DNA of 64,000 nt from the NCBI GenBank assembly GCA_041660065.1, contig JBAZXC010000002.1, positions 170,620 through 234,619 of the forward strand, in the 5' to 3' direction. How positions within the stretch are numbered: position 1 is the stretch's first letter; each line of letters opens with the position of its first letter. Below are positions 47,714-57,829 of the stretch, one piece after another. The notes beneath the pieces were generated by a model that did not search any database, had not been told where the DNA came from, and was given only the letters and a program-made list of their open reading frames with translations. This DNA is from Parcubacteria group bacterium (GTDB lineage Bacteria; Patescibacteriota; Minisyncoccia; Moranbacterales; GCA-2747515). The position numbers and the translations under genes were made by a program.

Positions 47714-48109
47714 TTAGTAGTGTTGGATATGCAGCTCCGGCTCATAATACAGGCACTCATACAGCAGGATCGTGCGATGACAGAGTGTCGGCACAGATTC
47801 GATACACAGGAATGTCACTCTCTTATGCAATGCATAACGCGCAATCGTTCGCACGATCGTCGCGATGTGATCTTTGCGCAGATGCGCCAGATACAGATCG
47901 CAGTAGTGACCATAAGTGATCTCCCCCCGATAATATTTCCCGACAATTCTGTCCGGTGGCGCGAGATCTTTGAGCCATAGATCAAATGAACATGGCCAGA
48001 TGCGCTCGTCCGGCGTGGTACCATCGTTTAGCGTGTGTCGCGACATCACTGAGATCCGCAACCCATCAGAATTTGTCGCCGGCAATAAAATACATTTTGT
48101 ACGGATCAT
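47714..48109 (-). CDS. DUF488-family protein
   Basis: DLWLKDLAPPDRIVGKY...EITYGHYCDLYLAHL pattern of DUF488; elevated GC. Confidence 0.55.
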   Translation of the reverse strand: MIRTKCILLPATNSDGLRISVMSRHTLNDGTTPDERIWPCSFDLWLKDLAPPDRIVGKYYRGEITYGHYCDLYLAHLRKDHIATIVRTIARYALHKRVTFLCIESVPTLCHRTILLYECLYYEPELHIQHY

Positions 48110-48136
48110 TATTGATCTCCTTTTTTGATCGTTTTT

Positions 48137-48730
48137 TTACTTATTTTTATTGATCTTTTGATTTCCAATTATATCATATATACATCGATCATTGGCTCCT
48201 TTGACAAAGATAAAAGAATCATCCTGAAGCTCCAACTGCATTGAACACAGCTGGGGGCTTTTTGATAGCTTTGCCGTTTCAGAGACAATGTTGTTATAAA
48301 AAAAGATTATCGCAATCACAACCAAAACTATCCCAAGAATTTTCCCTGGATTTCCGTTGACAAAACGATTCTTATTGACCATCACAATGATAACGCCAAC
48401 GATTATGGCCAAGAGGCAGAATATCCCATACATAAAACCGACCGCCAAAAGCATGAGGCATTCTTGCCCAACGCCTATGCCGCCCAAGCCATAAAATAAC
48501 ATCAGTAAGGAAAAGATGATTAGACTGCTCGCTGAAATATTCCACACGTTCATTATTTTCGAATTGTCCAGTTTTTTAATATCATTGGCTATGGATATGC
48601 ACGTGATCAAAGCGAGTAACCCAACGCTAAAAAGTACGAGAAACCCTATCCCATCCGAGAAATCATACAGGATCACCAATAAAGAAACTGCGTACACGAT
48701 CAAATCAATCTTAGAATTTTTGCTGAGCAT
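48137..48730 (-). CDS. hypothetical integral membrane protein
   Basis: ORF, multiple TM helices. Confidence 0.4.
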   Translation of the reverse strand: MLSKNSKIDLIVYAVSLLVILYDFSDGIGFLVLFSVGLLALITCISIANDIKKLDNSKIMNVWNISASSLIIFSLLMLFYGLGGIGVGQECLMLLAVGFMYGIFCLLAIIVGVIIVMVNKNRFVNGNPGKILGIVLVVIAIIFFYNNIVSETAKLSKSPQLCSMQLELQDDSFIFVKGANDRCIYDIIGNQKINKNK

Positions 48731-48747
48731 ATCATTTTTTTAGCTTA

Positions 48748-49956
48748 TTATTTCTCCACAGAAGAAATTGATCCTGCCATCCGCTGAAACACTTGCACCG
48801 CCTCCTTGAGTTCAGCGTGAGCATCCGATCCGTCCAACAGCCCTTGAGCGTATTTTTCCACTACTTCTTCCTGACTAATTCCCTCTTTTTGGGAAATTGT
48901 ATTGATCTCATCATAGATCCCTATATCCAAACAAATCGACGGGTATGCACTACTGGCAGTGGAATATGCTTGCATTGACGGCATCGGTTCTCCTTCATAG
49001 ATGATGCGATAATCAATCGCCGTATGGCTATTCAGTTTTTTGCAACCTTTTTTACAAAAACGATCCACATCGTCAAAATCGACAGCGCATGTGCCGGCTC
49101 CATTGGTCGGACTATCGGGGATATAATCTTTTTTTGCCGCTACCAGCCATATTGAAAAATCATTACGTATATCAGCTGAGAGATTTTCATTGGTGATTTT
49201 TATCTCAACAAAATCTTGGCTCTTCTGAAATTCGGAAGCTGACCAATTCGAAGGAAGATCAATGGCAAAACCGTATTTTTTGTTGGTATAACGCTTCCAT
49301 TTTCCATCTGTCTGCCACATTTTTGAAAGAGCATCGTTTCTTTCTTCAAAATATCCTTGGTCACCGGTATTTTCTGGAATGATTTCTACTTTTTGTTTTT
49401 CTACTTCCATTTTTGCCAATTCCCCGTCCAATCTCTTTTGTAGGATGATATTTTCTTGCTCGCTTCTTTTTTGGTCTATTTCATCGCGATTACGATGGGC
49501 ACTAATAATCTGGACATAGAGAGTGCCGGCATATAAAACAATACTAAACAGAACAACCAGAACAACAAATATCCACCAATTGCTTTGTTTCCTGCTATCC
49601 GGAGAAATATCCGCATCATTTTTTTGTTGTCGATAATTTTTCCATTTGAAAAAAAGATAGCCCGCCAAAAGCCCCGCAAGTACCCAGAGAACAGCCGTTA
49701 CAAATATATACACGTAGAAAGCTTTTTCCGCTTCCAATTCGAAGACTGGCTGAAAGATCACAACGACCAAAGACATGGGAACAAAAAAAATCACCGATAA
49801 ATGTCGGCTGATCGTTCCTCCGTCTTGCGTTTCAAAAAAGATCCCTATGAGCGGAAAAATCATTCCCAAAATAAACCCAGAAAACAAGCCCCAAATCAAA
49901 TATTTACTTAGAAAGATTTTCTGTTCCATAAATTCTTTATAGTGGTCTCTTTTCAA
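48748..49956 (-). CDS. hypothetical membrane protein with C-terminal extracytoplasmic domain
   Basis: ORF, N-terminal TM helices. Confidence 0.45.
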   Translation of the reverse strand: MKRDHYKEFMEQKIFLSKYLIWGLFSGFILGMIFPLIGIFFETQDGGTISRHLSVIFFVPMSLVVVIFQPVFELEAEKAFYVYIFVTAVLWVLAGLLAGYLFFKWKNYRQQKNDADISPDSRKQSNWWIFVVLVVLFSIVLYAGTLYVQIISAHRNRDEIDQKRSEQENIILQKRLDGELAKMEVEKQKVEIIPENTGDQGYFEERNDALSKMWQTDGKWKRYTNKKYGFAIDLPSNWSASEFQKSQDFVEIKITNENLSADIRNDFSIWLVAAKKDYIPDSPTNGAGTCAVDFDDVDRFCKKGCKKLNSHTAIDYRIIYEGEPMPSMQAYSTASSAYPSICLDIGIYDEINTISQKEGISQEEVVEKYAQGLLDGSDAHAELKEAVQVFQRMAGSISSVEK

Positions 49957-50122
49957 AAGAAAGCTCTTTAAATATTTTGTCTTTCTAACTTAAATTGTGA
50001 TGTTCAACTCTGAGATAAGAATTGCCATCAGAATTAGACAAGTATACTGATATTAAATACTGTGCTTATTATACCATTTTTCGATTTTTTGACGAATGCA
50101 GAGACATTGCGTTTATCTGAAT

Positions 50123-50791
50123 TTACACATCTCCTTTTTCTTGGAAACTGTAAAAGGCAGTTTGTGTGATGATGATGTGATCGATGAGCTCGACGCCCAT
50201 GACCCTTCCCGCCTCAGTGAGCCTCTTGGTCACACTGATATCATCATCTGATGGCGTCACGTCTCCTGAGGGATGATTGTGCGCCACGATGATCGACGTT
50301 GCCAGATGTTCAAGCGCCGGCTTGAACACTTCACGCGGATGGATGAGGCTCGCGTTCAACGTCCCGACTGAGATCGTTTCTTTGTGCACCAGCTGATTGC
50401 GTGCATTGAGATAGAGTGCGACGAAATGCTCTTTCTTTACTGTGCGCAGTTCCTGCAACTGTGCAACGGCTTCTTTGGCGCGAACGATCGTTGGCAGATT
50501 GTTGTCCTGCACGTCCAACGCCCGCTTGGTCAATTCAAAAGCCGCAAGAAGCAGACACGCCTTTGCCGGACCGATGCCTTTGATCTGTGACAGGTCTTTA
50601 TAATTGAGATGAAGAAGTTTTTTGGTCGGAAATTTTTGCAAGATGTCGCGTGAAACGTTCAATACATTTTTCCCCGCAATACCCGTGCACAACAAGACGG
50701 CCATCAATTCATGGTCTTTCAAATTCTCCGCACCTTTTTCCATCAACTTTTCCCGTGGCATCACATGCCGCGGCATATCTTTGATCATCAT
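50123..50791 (-). CDS. radC: RadC-like JAB/MPN domain protein
   Basis: HNHPSGDVTPSDDD JAMM motif; HhH region LSQIKGIGPAKA; start may be internal (MPREKL). Confidence 0.8.
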   Translation of the reverse strand: MMIKDMPRHVMPREKLMEKGAENLKDHELMAVLLCTGIAGKNVLNVSRDILQKFPTKKLLHLNYKDLSQIKGIGPAKACLLLAAFELTKRALDVQDNNLPTIVRAKEAVAQLQELRTVKKEHFVALYLNARNQLVHKETISVGTLNASLIHPREVFKPALEHLATSIIVAHNHPSGDVTPSDDDISVTKRLTEAGRVMGVELIDHIIITQTAFYSFQEKGDV

Positions 50792-50969
50792 GATTCTTTT
50801 TTAAAATTTACACTACTACACTGTCTTTGCGTCTTCTTTTATGTAGACTATTTTTAATTTTAAGTTTGGTTTATTGACAATATAGCTATATAAGTATATA
50901 ATATACATGTAGACAATAGGTTTACTCGATTTTGATCGATTACCGCCAGCAGTGGCGGTTTTCTGATTT

Positions 50970-51584
50970 TTAATGCTTTTTTTTGAATTTATCAAAACTA
51001 ATCCTATATTCAAAATCCTCAGCAAACAAAACTTCCTTTACCACGCCAAGTTTCTGCATATCAAAAACTTCTCGCCCCACATGATTCCTCGCACCAAAAA
51101 CATAACATTCTTTTTGATATTCTTCATACATATATTTTATCGCATACATCAAATCCCCATCACCTGAAAACAAAATTACCGTATCATAATTATCTCTTTC
51201 TTTTATCAAATCGACTGCCATTTCCACATCAAGATCACATTTTTTTTCAAACCCATATTTGTTATCATCGCTATGAATATATTTTACTCTTTTTTGAACA
51301 ACATCAAACCCACTCATTTTTGCCTTTTCAAGAATCAATCGTGACCAGCTAATTAAATTGGTTGATTTTTCATTTTCACCATAATCAGCGCCATAATAGA
51401 ATCTTCTTAAAAATTTTTTTCCAGTTGAAAAGTTCTTACAAAGCTGTGCAAGCTCTTTGATACCAACTCTCCATATCAAACTATGTTTCCATTTTTCTAT
51501 ATTTCCATAGTCAACAATTATCAATGTCTTCTCTTTTTTATTAGAAAATGAATCTACAAATTTTTTGATTTCGTCTTTTGTCAT
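50970..51584 (-). CDS. NYN/LabA-like (PIN-like) domain protein
   Basis: LIIVDYGN...DLDVEMAVDLI...ILFSGDGDL. Confidence 0.65.
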   Translation of the reverse strand: MTKDEIKKFVDSFSNKKEKTLIIVDYGNIEKWKHSLIWRVGIKELAQLCKNFSTGKKFLRRFYYGADYGENEKSTNLISWSRLILEKAKMSGFDVVQKRVKYIHSDDNKYGFEKKCDLDVEMAVDLIKERDNYDTVILFSGDGDLMYAIKYMYEEYQKECYVFGARNHVGREVFDMQKLGVVKEVLFAEDFEYRISFDKFKKKH

Positions 51585-51601
51585 AACTCAACAAATCTCA
51601 T

Positions 51602-52282
51602 TTATTTTTTATGCGTGCTGTGTGTTGCTGGCAATACTTTGCGAAACACGCCGGCAATGAGGATCTGATCCGACTCATCGAGATAGATCGGCTGATGTTT
51701 CGGGTTGGTCGACTGCGGGAATAAGCCAATCATATGCCCTCTGAGCTTTCGATATTTTTTGATCGTCGCCATGCCATTGATCACCGCCACAACAATCTTT
51801 CCTTCGAGATCCTCGCCATTGTCATACTTGGCAAACACGACATAATCATTGTCATTGATATCCGCTTTATTCATCGAATCCCCCAACGCTTTCACGGCGA
51901 ATAGTTGTGCCGGTTTTTCTTTGCGAAAAAGGCTCGTGGATACTTGCACATACCCCTCCACATTATTATCCGCAAACGCCAATGCTTCTCCGCATGACGC
52001 AAGTCCAAATGTCGGAATGGAAAAAATATTCTCGAGATCGGAGAATGACTCATTTTTCACCATATAGATCTTTCTTTTATCATCACGCTTGATGAGCCCC
52101 TTCTTCTCCAGTGCTTCCACCACTTGTACCGTGCCTTTGAGCGCACCAACGTCATGTCCTTCTTCCTGCAATGTTGCATGCACTTTGTATGCGGTTGGAT
52201 TATGTGATCCCTGCTCAATGATCTCGCGAATCGTCTCCAAGATCACATGTTGTTTGCGTGTGAGTTCTTGCGTCTTTTGCAT
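51602..52282 (-). CDS. lexA: LexA repressor
   Basis: N-terminal wHTH, S24 peptidase domain with ALGDSM (Ser) and K dyad; start at MQKTQ. Confidence 0.85.
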   Translation of the reverse strand: MQKTQELTRKQHVILETIREIIEQGSHNPTAYKVHATLQEEGHDVGALKGTVQVVEALEKKGLIKRDDKRKIYMVKNESFSDLENIFSIPTFGLASCGEALAFADNNVEGYVQVSTSLFRKEKPAQLFAVKALGDSMNKADINDNDYVVFAKYDNGEDLEGKIVVAVINGMATIKKYRKLRGHMIGLFPQSTNPKHQPIYLDESDQILIAGVFRKVLPATHSTHKK

Positions 52283-52305
52283 ATTTTTTATTTTTATGTA
52301 ATTAT

Positions 52306-52340
52306 AGTGATATAGTATCATCATCGTATATCACTGTCAA
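52306..52340 (-). promoter_or_regulatory. lexA promoter TTGACA-N17-TACTAT overlapped by inverted repeat AGTGATATA-N12-TATATCACT; candidate SOS operator
   Basis: Read on coding strand: TTGACAGTGATATACGATGATGATACTATATCACT. Confidence 0.45.
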
Positions 52341-52506
52341 TAATTTCACGTGACAAATGTAAAATCCCCCTTTTCCCCCCTTTGCCAAAGGGGGAGGGGC
52401 GTTGACTTTCCGAGAACTTTATGTTATAATAGCCTGTTGTGTTTCATTAACAATCCCGAGAGGGATATATACGCCTGAGAAGGCATCCTAGAGACAGGAG
52501 GAAAAA

Positions 52507-52944
52507 ATGAAAGAATTGGCATCACAAAAACTGAACCCAGAGGAAATCGTGACACATCTGATCAGAGGATCAGAAAAAGTCGACCGCATGAGGAAAGAAG
52601 TTGAGTGCCTCATTCGCACAATTGCAGGACTAATAAAGATTGAATCATTACCCATGCCCAGATTTAGTGAGCACAAAACGGAACAATGTTCCTGGCGATT
52701 CACACCGGTGAATACCGACGACCATGGTATTGTGACCCGAGATCTCGAAATATATTGCATCTTTCACTTCACGCCTAAAAATTCTGGCATCGTGTATTCC
52801 CTCAAAAAATCCGTACCCTTTCATTCTAAATATGTACAGCACGTTCACCAATGCCTCCCTGATTTTGTTCAGGGTGTATTACGGTTTTTTCCTGAGATAC
52901 AAAACCAGTGGGAGTTTCTCTTGCGTGCATCTCTAAATATTTAA
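52507..52944 (+). CDS. hypothetical protein (divergent from lexA)
   Basis: ORF with SD GGAGG. Confidence 0.4.
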   Translation: MKELASQKLNPEEIVTHLIRGSEKVDRMRKEVECLIRTIAGLIKIESLPMPRFSEHKTEQCSWRFTPVNTDDHGIVTRDLEIYCIFHFTPKNSGIVYSLKKSVPFHSKYVQHVHQCLPDFVQGVLRFFPEIQNQWEFLLRASLNI

Positions 52945-52981
52945 CTCTATTGGAAAATCTCACATAGACTGGAGGAATATC

Positions 52982-53278
52982 GTGTCAAACGAAATAGAAT
53001 GTAGAAATGATCTGTTTTGGCGTCAATTACCTGAACATAGCGGCAGACTCACTGCCAACGGAAACCCTGACCATGAACTCATCGAGGACGAAATCATCAC
53101 AAAGGTTTTTACACGAGGCAAAAAATATCCCATAACGCTTCATATCGATGGGAGTGATCGTGGTGATGTGGATATCGTAATCTGCGCTTGTAGTGATGAT
53201 GGAAAACTCCATCAGATCATTTTGGCAATTGACGTCCGTGTTACCGAACAAAAACTCCTGGATCATTTTATTTTTTGA
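52982..53278 (+). CDS. 98-aa hypothetical protein, tandem paralog A
   Basis: Paralog of 53456..53773 (shared ..EIITKVFT.GK.YP...H......D.DI.I.A..DDGK...); conserved downstream terminator AAGCGAGTACG.TATG..TATATCTGACTCGCTTTTTT. Confidence 0.45.
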   Translation: MSNEIECRNDLFWRQLPEHSGRLTANGNPDHELIEDEIITKVFTRGKKYPITLHIDGSDRGDVDIVICACSDDGKLHQIILAIDVRVTEQKLLDHFIF

Positions 53279-53455
53279 TAGATATGATCTAAACAACCCG
53301 CAAAAGCGAGTACGGTATGTAATATATCTGACTCGCTTTTTTATTTCACCCGGTTGACTTCTCTTACATTTCATCCTACACTACCCCTTCATGTTGTTTA
53401 ACAACACTTTGTATAAAAACCCATCCCCAAAACCTAACAGAGGAGGTGCACATCC

Positions 53456-53773
53456 ATGTCCGGCAAAAAAGAACCCAAAAATAATAAAACAACATGCACG
53501 AAAGATCTGTATTGGCGCTACGTCCCTAACTATTCCGGCACTCTCAGTGCCGACGGCACGCCTGATCCCCAACTTGTAAAAAAGGAGATCATCACAAAGG
53601 TATTTACCGCAGGCAAAACGTATCCTCTCTCAGTCCACGTCTCCGAAAGTGATTGTGCTGACGCAGACATTACGATTTACGCTCTCGGTGACGATGGGAA
53701 AGAATACCCTGTTCTTGTTGCCGACGATATCCTCGTCAGAGACAAGCGCCTCTTGAGTCATTTTTGTTCTTAA
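53456..53773 (+). CDS. 105-aa hypothetical protein, tandem paralog B
   Basis: See paralog A; SD GAGGAGG. Confidence 0.45.
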   Translation: MSGKKEPKNNKTTCTKDLYWRYVPNYSGTLSADGTPDPQLVKKEIITKVFTAGKTYPLSVHVSESDCADADITIYALGDDGKEYPVLVADDILVRDKRLLSHFCS

Positions 53774-53984
53774 AAAAATTTCATTCTTGATCCTACACAA
53801 GCGAGTACGATATGCACTATATCTGACTCGCTTTTTTGTTGGCAAATCCAGCCGTCGCATGAAGCTATGGACTGGCAAGAAAAAACCGGGGGAATCTCTG
53901 CTGAGATCCTCCCGGTTATGCTTCGCCAAGCCATAGCCTTTTGTTCGTAGAATGGCTTTGCCAAGCCGTAGCCTTGGTCTTTTT

Positions 53985-55283
53985 TTAGTGCACAGTACCA
54001 AATCCTCCTGACTGTGCTTGCATTTGGCGCATCATTTCTGCGATTTCCTCTTCAGTCGACATTGCGCCGGTCATACCTGCTGATGGACCGCCAATCATAA
54101 TGGCGATACCTGCAATCCTTTTTTCTTTCGCATCCTCCTCTGCTTTTTTGAGAGCCTTTGCCACATCGATTTTGAGACCGAATTTCTTCTTTGCAGTAAA
54201 AAGCGCATCCGCCGCCGCATCCCCGAAAAATTTTCTCGTGGTCACACACTCTGCGAGACCCTTTAATTGCTTCTTCGTGAGGGTGTCGCATGTCTGCAGA
54301 TATGCAACAATAAATCGATGTTTGCCGGTTCTGGTCATGAACGACTGTGCGAATCCGCTTGGGTCACCGCCATCAACGATGAGGAATGGCAGAGCTCTTT
54401 GGATCACAAATTCCTCCTTCTTTTGCATTTCTGCTTCACCACCTCTTGGCGCCGTGATGTTGCGAGCAATAATCTTTAGCTGATCCAATGAGAGCTCGAC
54501 ATTCTCGTACTCCACGAGATCAATGAGTTTCCGCAGGAACACATCATATGTCACTCCGATGTATGGTGCTTCGTTTATTGATCCTCTGCATTCATCGCTG
54601 TAAAAGATCGGTGCATGCATTGCATCAAGAAGAATGTCTGCCGTAACAGCCTCTTCCAGTGAGATCGCCATGATAAGATCACAGCAGTGCAAAGCGGAAT
54701 TCCTTTCATGGAGAAAATACGATGCGTAAGTCTGGCCATTCATGATTTTCCCCACCATCGCATCCACGATCTCACTTGCAAAGATATCTACTGCCGGAAT
54801 ATGATCGATACTGGCAAACATCGCACTGTCCAGGAGAATGTGTATTCTTTCCGCCACCTGCATCAATTCATTCAATATCTCTGCATCCGGTGACTCCGGA
54901 ACGATAAAGAGATCATTTCCTTTCGCGAGAATCTCTCGCACAAGACCAGCGACGGCATCTTTATGAATTCTCGACAAAACGAGAAGGATCAGTTGCTCCA
55001 TCTCAAATAGCGACGGTACCCATGACGCTCTGATGTGTTGACGAATGGCCAGATGTCGCAAATCATGATGGCGACATGCTCGGACAAATTTACTTACATC
55101 ATCCAAATCATCCGTTGTCAATCGATCGATACCTGCACGCAGATGATTTAAATTTTGCTCATGGATCTTTCTTTCATCCGCACGCATCGCTTGAACATCC
55201 GAAGAAGGAATGCTGTTTGCGATCCCCACAAGCTGAACCAAATTTTTTGCTACCTTGACCTGCCCTTCAATTGTTAATGCCAT
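53985..55283 (-). CDS. hypothetical protein (433 aa)
   Basis: ORF; start set at MALTIEGQ preceded by GGAGG; ORF-track N-terminal extension judged non-coding. Confidence 0.4.
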   Translation of the reverse strand: MALTIEGQVKVAKNLVQLVGIANSIPSSDVQAMRADERKIHEQNLNHLRAGIDRLTTDDLDDVSKFVRACRHHDLRHLAIRQHIRASWVPSLFEMEQLILLVLSRIHKDAVAGLVREILAKGNDLFIVPESPDAEILNELMQVAERIHILLDSAMFASIDHIPAVDIFASEIVDAMVGKIMNGQTYASYFLHERNSALHCCDLIMAISLEEAVTADILLDAMHAPIFYSDECRGSINEAPYIGVTYDVFLRKLIDLVEYENVELSLDQLKIIARNITAPRGGEAEMQKKEEFVIQRALPFLIVDGGDPSGFAQSFMTRTGKHRFIVAYLQTCDTLTKKQLKGLAECVTTRKFFGDAAADALFTAKKKFGLKIDVAKALKKAEEDAKEKRIAGIAIMIGGPSAGMTGAMSTEEEIAEMMRQMQAQSGGFGTVH

Positions 55284-55656
55284 CTCAATCCTCCATTTTG
55301 ATCTATGTTTATGAAGCACTTCAATGCAACTAGTGTAATATGCTTCTGTTAAAGTACAACATGATATAGTACATGAATATTTACAACGCGTCAAACCGTA
55401 AAAACTGCACGTCTGAAAACTCAAAAAATCACGCATATATCAACAAGACCCCCTCTCCCTGAGGGAGAGCTTGCCTACCGGCAGGCAGGGGTTGGGGTGA
55501 GGGGTATTTCAAGCAAGATCATTGCCTGATCACACTTTTTAGTGTATAACTGCACAAGGTGCCAAACACACCACCCTTTGCGTAAAGCTACGGCTTGGCA
55601 AAGAAAGAACTGCCATTTTTGTGACAGTTTTCTTTTTTATCCTATTTTTTCTTTTT

Positions 55657-56100
55657 TTACACAAATTCAATGTCATCCACGGTTTTACCGTAAAAGTCTT
55701 GTCTTTTACCAGTGCGATCATGAATCCCCAGGCTCAGGTACGATCCATCACTGGATTCGTAATCCCAAAATGTCTCACTGTCCCCTTCTTTGAAGATCTC
55801 CTCACCACTTGTCCGCTCAGCAACAGCATGTGCATCAAATAGAAACGTGAAATCTTTCCCGTCATAGACCAATTCTTCCGGAAACGGCTCTGCGATGCCA
55901 CTATAAACCTCTCGCACCAACACAAAAGAATTTGTCTTGGCATCATCTGCCAATACATATCCATCCGAGAGAAAACATTTGATATAAAAACTTTTATCGT
56001 CAAAACGGAACAATACGACTTCCCGCACCTCAAGTTCCTTATCGTCCACAATGATCGTTGCGCCTGCGGCAATCTTTTTGCGAAATTCTTGTACGTACAT
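55657..56100 (-). CDS. hypothetical protein
   Basis: ORF only. Confidence 0.4.
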   Translation of the reverse strand: MYVQEFRKKIAAGATIIVDDKELEVREVVLFRFDDKSFYIKCFLSDGYVLADDAKTNSFVLVREVYSGIAEPFPEELVYDGKDFTFLFDAHAVAERTSGEEIFKEGDSETFWDYESSDGSYLSLGIHDRTGKRQDFYGKTVDDIEFV

Positions 56101-56148
56101 ATATGGCTGTTATTAGTATCCCTATTAACTAATTTAATATAAATGTTA

Positions 56149-56280
56149 TTTTTTCTTTTATATAAGCGCTTATTGAAGGCAAACTTTTGTCATCCTGAAT
56201 TTATTTCAGGATCTCACACTCATGGCTTACTTAGATGCTGAAACAATCTGCCTGCCGATAGACAGGGTTCAGCATGACAT
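56149..56280. repeat. ~115-bp intergenic repeat element copy 2 (with 22-nt insertion related to the CCTGCCTGCCGG motif)
   Basis: Aligns with 11345..11456. Confidence 0.7.
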
Positions 56281-56376
56281 AGAAAAATAAATAAACTCTA
56301 TATGTTTGACTATATCACACAAATGCAAAGCCCGCACAAGTAACCGTACAGGTTTTTCATTTTTCTTGATCCGTTC

Positions 56377-57765
56377 CTACGAAAACAGTTCAACCAAAAG
56401 TCGTACAGGAGAACCCTTGGCGCCTTTGGCAAGTTGTTCATCAAAAATAGCTGTCATGGTCGGTGCCATATCGATATGCACCCACTTGTCTTTGTATTCT
56501 TTGGCAAAATGCTTGAGGAAAATCGCACCCGTAATGGCTCCGCCAATCCCGCCTTGTCCCTTGGTGCGAATATTGGAAATATCCCCATGCGTCCCCGCAA
56601 TCTCTGCGCTATAATCATCCCATAGTGGCATACGCCACACCGCATCACCTGTTTTTTCTCCTGCCTCAATCACTTTTTGCGCCAATGCATCATTATCGGT
56701 GAACACCGCACTCGCACGCTCGCCCAGCGCAACCACCGCCGCACCTGTAAGCGTCGCCACATCGATCACCTGTTTTGGATTGAAGCTCTTGGCATATGTG
56801 AGTGCGTCTGCGAGAATCAGCCGTCCCTCCGCATCCGTGTGCCCGATCTCCACATGCGTACCGTCCATCATTGTGATGATGTCTCCCGGACGCATGCTGG
56901 TCCCGCTTGGCATATTTTCTACTGCCGGGATCAATACGACAATGTGCTCTTCACTGTTCAATCGATCTGCCGCAAAGATCGCCGCCACAACAGCCGCGGC
57001 ACCGCTCATATCCATCATCATTTCCAATCCATACGGATGTGGCTTGGTATCGATGCCACCACTGTCATACGTCACGCCCTTACCCACAAGCACCGTCGGT
57101 TTTTTTGTCCCCGTGCCAAAATATTCCAAAATGATAAACCGCGATTGACATGTACTTCCCTGTCCCACTGCGAGCACGCCATTCATTTTTTTGCGACGCA
57201 TTTGTTTCTCATCCAACACACGCATTTTGATCTTGGTGCCTTTGATCGCCTTGCGGATGATCCCTGCGAGATGCACCGGCGTCATATCACCGCCCGGCGT
57301 ATTGGCGAGGTCACGACAAAAGTTTACTTGTGACGCGATCGTCACACCTCTGCGAAAATCTTTGTGTACGCATGTCTTGTCTTTTTTTTGCGCCACAACG
57401 ATCACCTCATCGATATCATGCCATCCTTCTTCCGGTTTGGCCTTGTATTTGCGGAACTCATAATCCGCCATATACACCGCCTCTGCAAAAATCTGACACA
57501 AGTCGTCACCGATGCCCTCAAACACTATCAGGTCCTTCCATGTAATTTCCAATCGCTCGATCTTGTATTTCTTGGCCTCTTGGATGATCGTGCGCACAAG
57601 CACAATCCATTTGCGCCGCGTCATCGCATCCGCTTTTGGCACTTTGATCTCCAACACATCGCCCTTTGCACCCGCCACAAAACGATTTCCCACGATCTTT
57701 TCCTGCAATGACACGCGCGTATATTTTTTGCGTGTAGTATTTTTTTCAACGATCGTGATCTTCAT
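56377..57765 (-). CDS. pepA: leucyl aminopeptidase (M17)
   Basis: NTPGGDMTP, VGKGVTYDSGGID, MKxDMxGAA M17 signatures. Confidence 0.85.
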   Translation of the reverse strand: MKITIVEKNTTRKKYTRVSLQEKIVGNRFVAGAKGDVLEIKVPKADAMTRRKWIVLVRTIIQEAKKYKIERLEITWKDLIVFEGIGDDLCQIFAEAVYMADYEFRKYKAKPEEGWHDIDEVIVVAQKKDKTCVHKDFRRGVTIASQVNFCRDLANTPGGDMTPVHLAGIIRKAIKGTKIKMRVLDEKQMRRKKMNGVLAVGQGSTCQSRFIILEYFGTGTKKPTVLVGKGVTYDSGGIDTKPHPYGLEMMMDMSGAAAVVAAIFAADRLNSEEHIVVLIPAVENMPSGTSMRPGDIITMMDGTHVEIGHTDAEGRLILADALTYAKSFNPKQVIDVATLTGAAVVALGERASAVFTDNDALAQKVIEAGEKTGDAVWRMPLWDDYSAEIAGTHGDISNIRTKGQGGIGGAITGAIFLKHFAKEYKDKWVHIDMAPTMTAIFDEQLAKGAKGSPVRLLVELFS

Positions 57766-57829
57766 ATGTGCAATTGGTTAAAAGATTATTTACAGCCTGT
57801 CTCTATTAAAGGTTGTTTCTTGCACTTCG

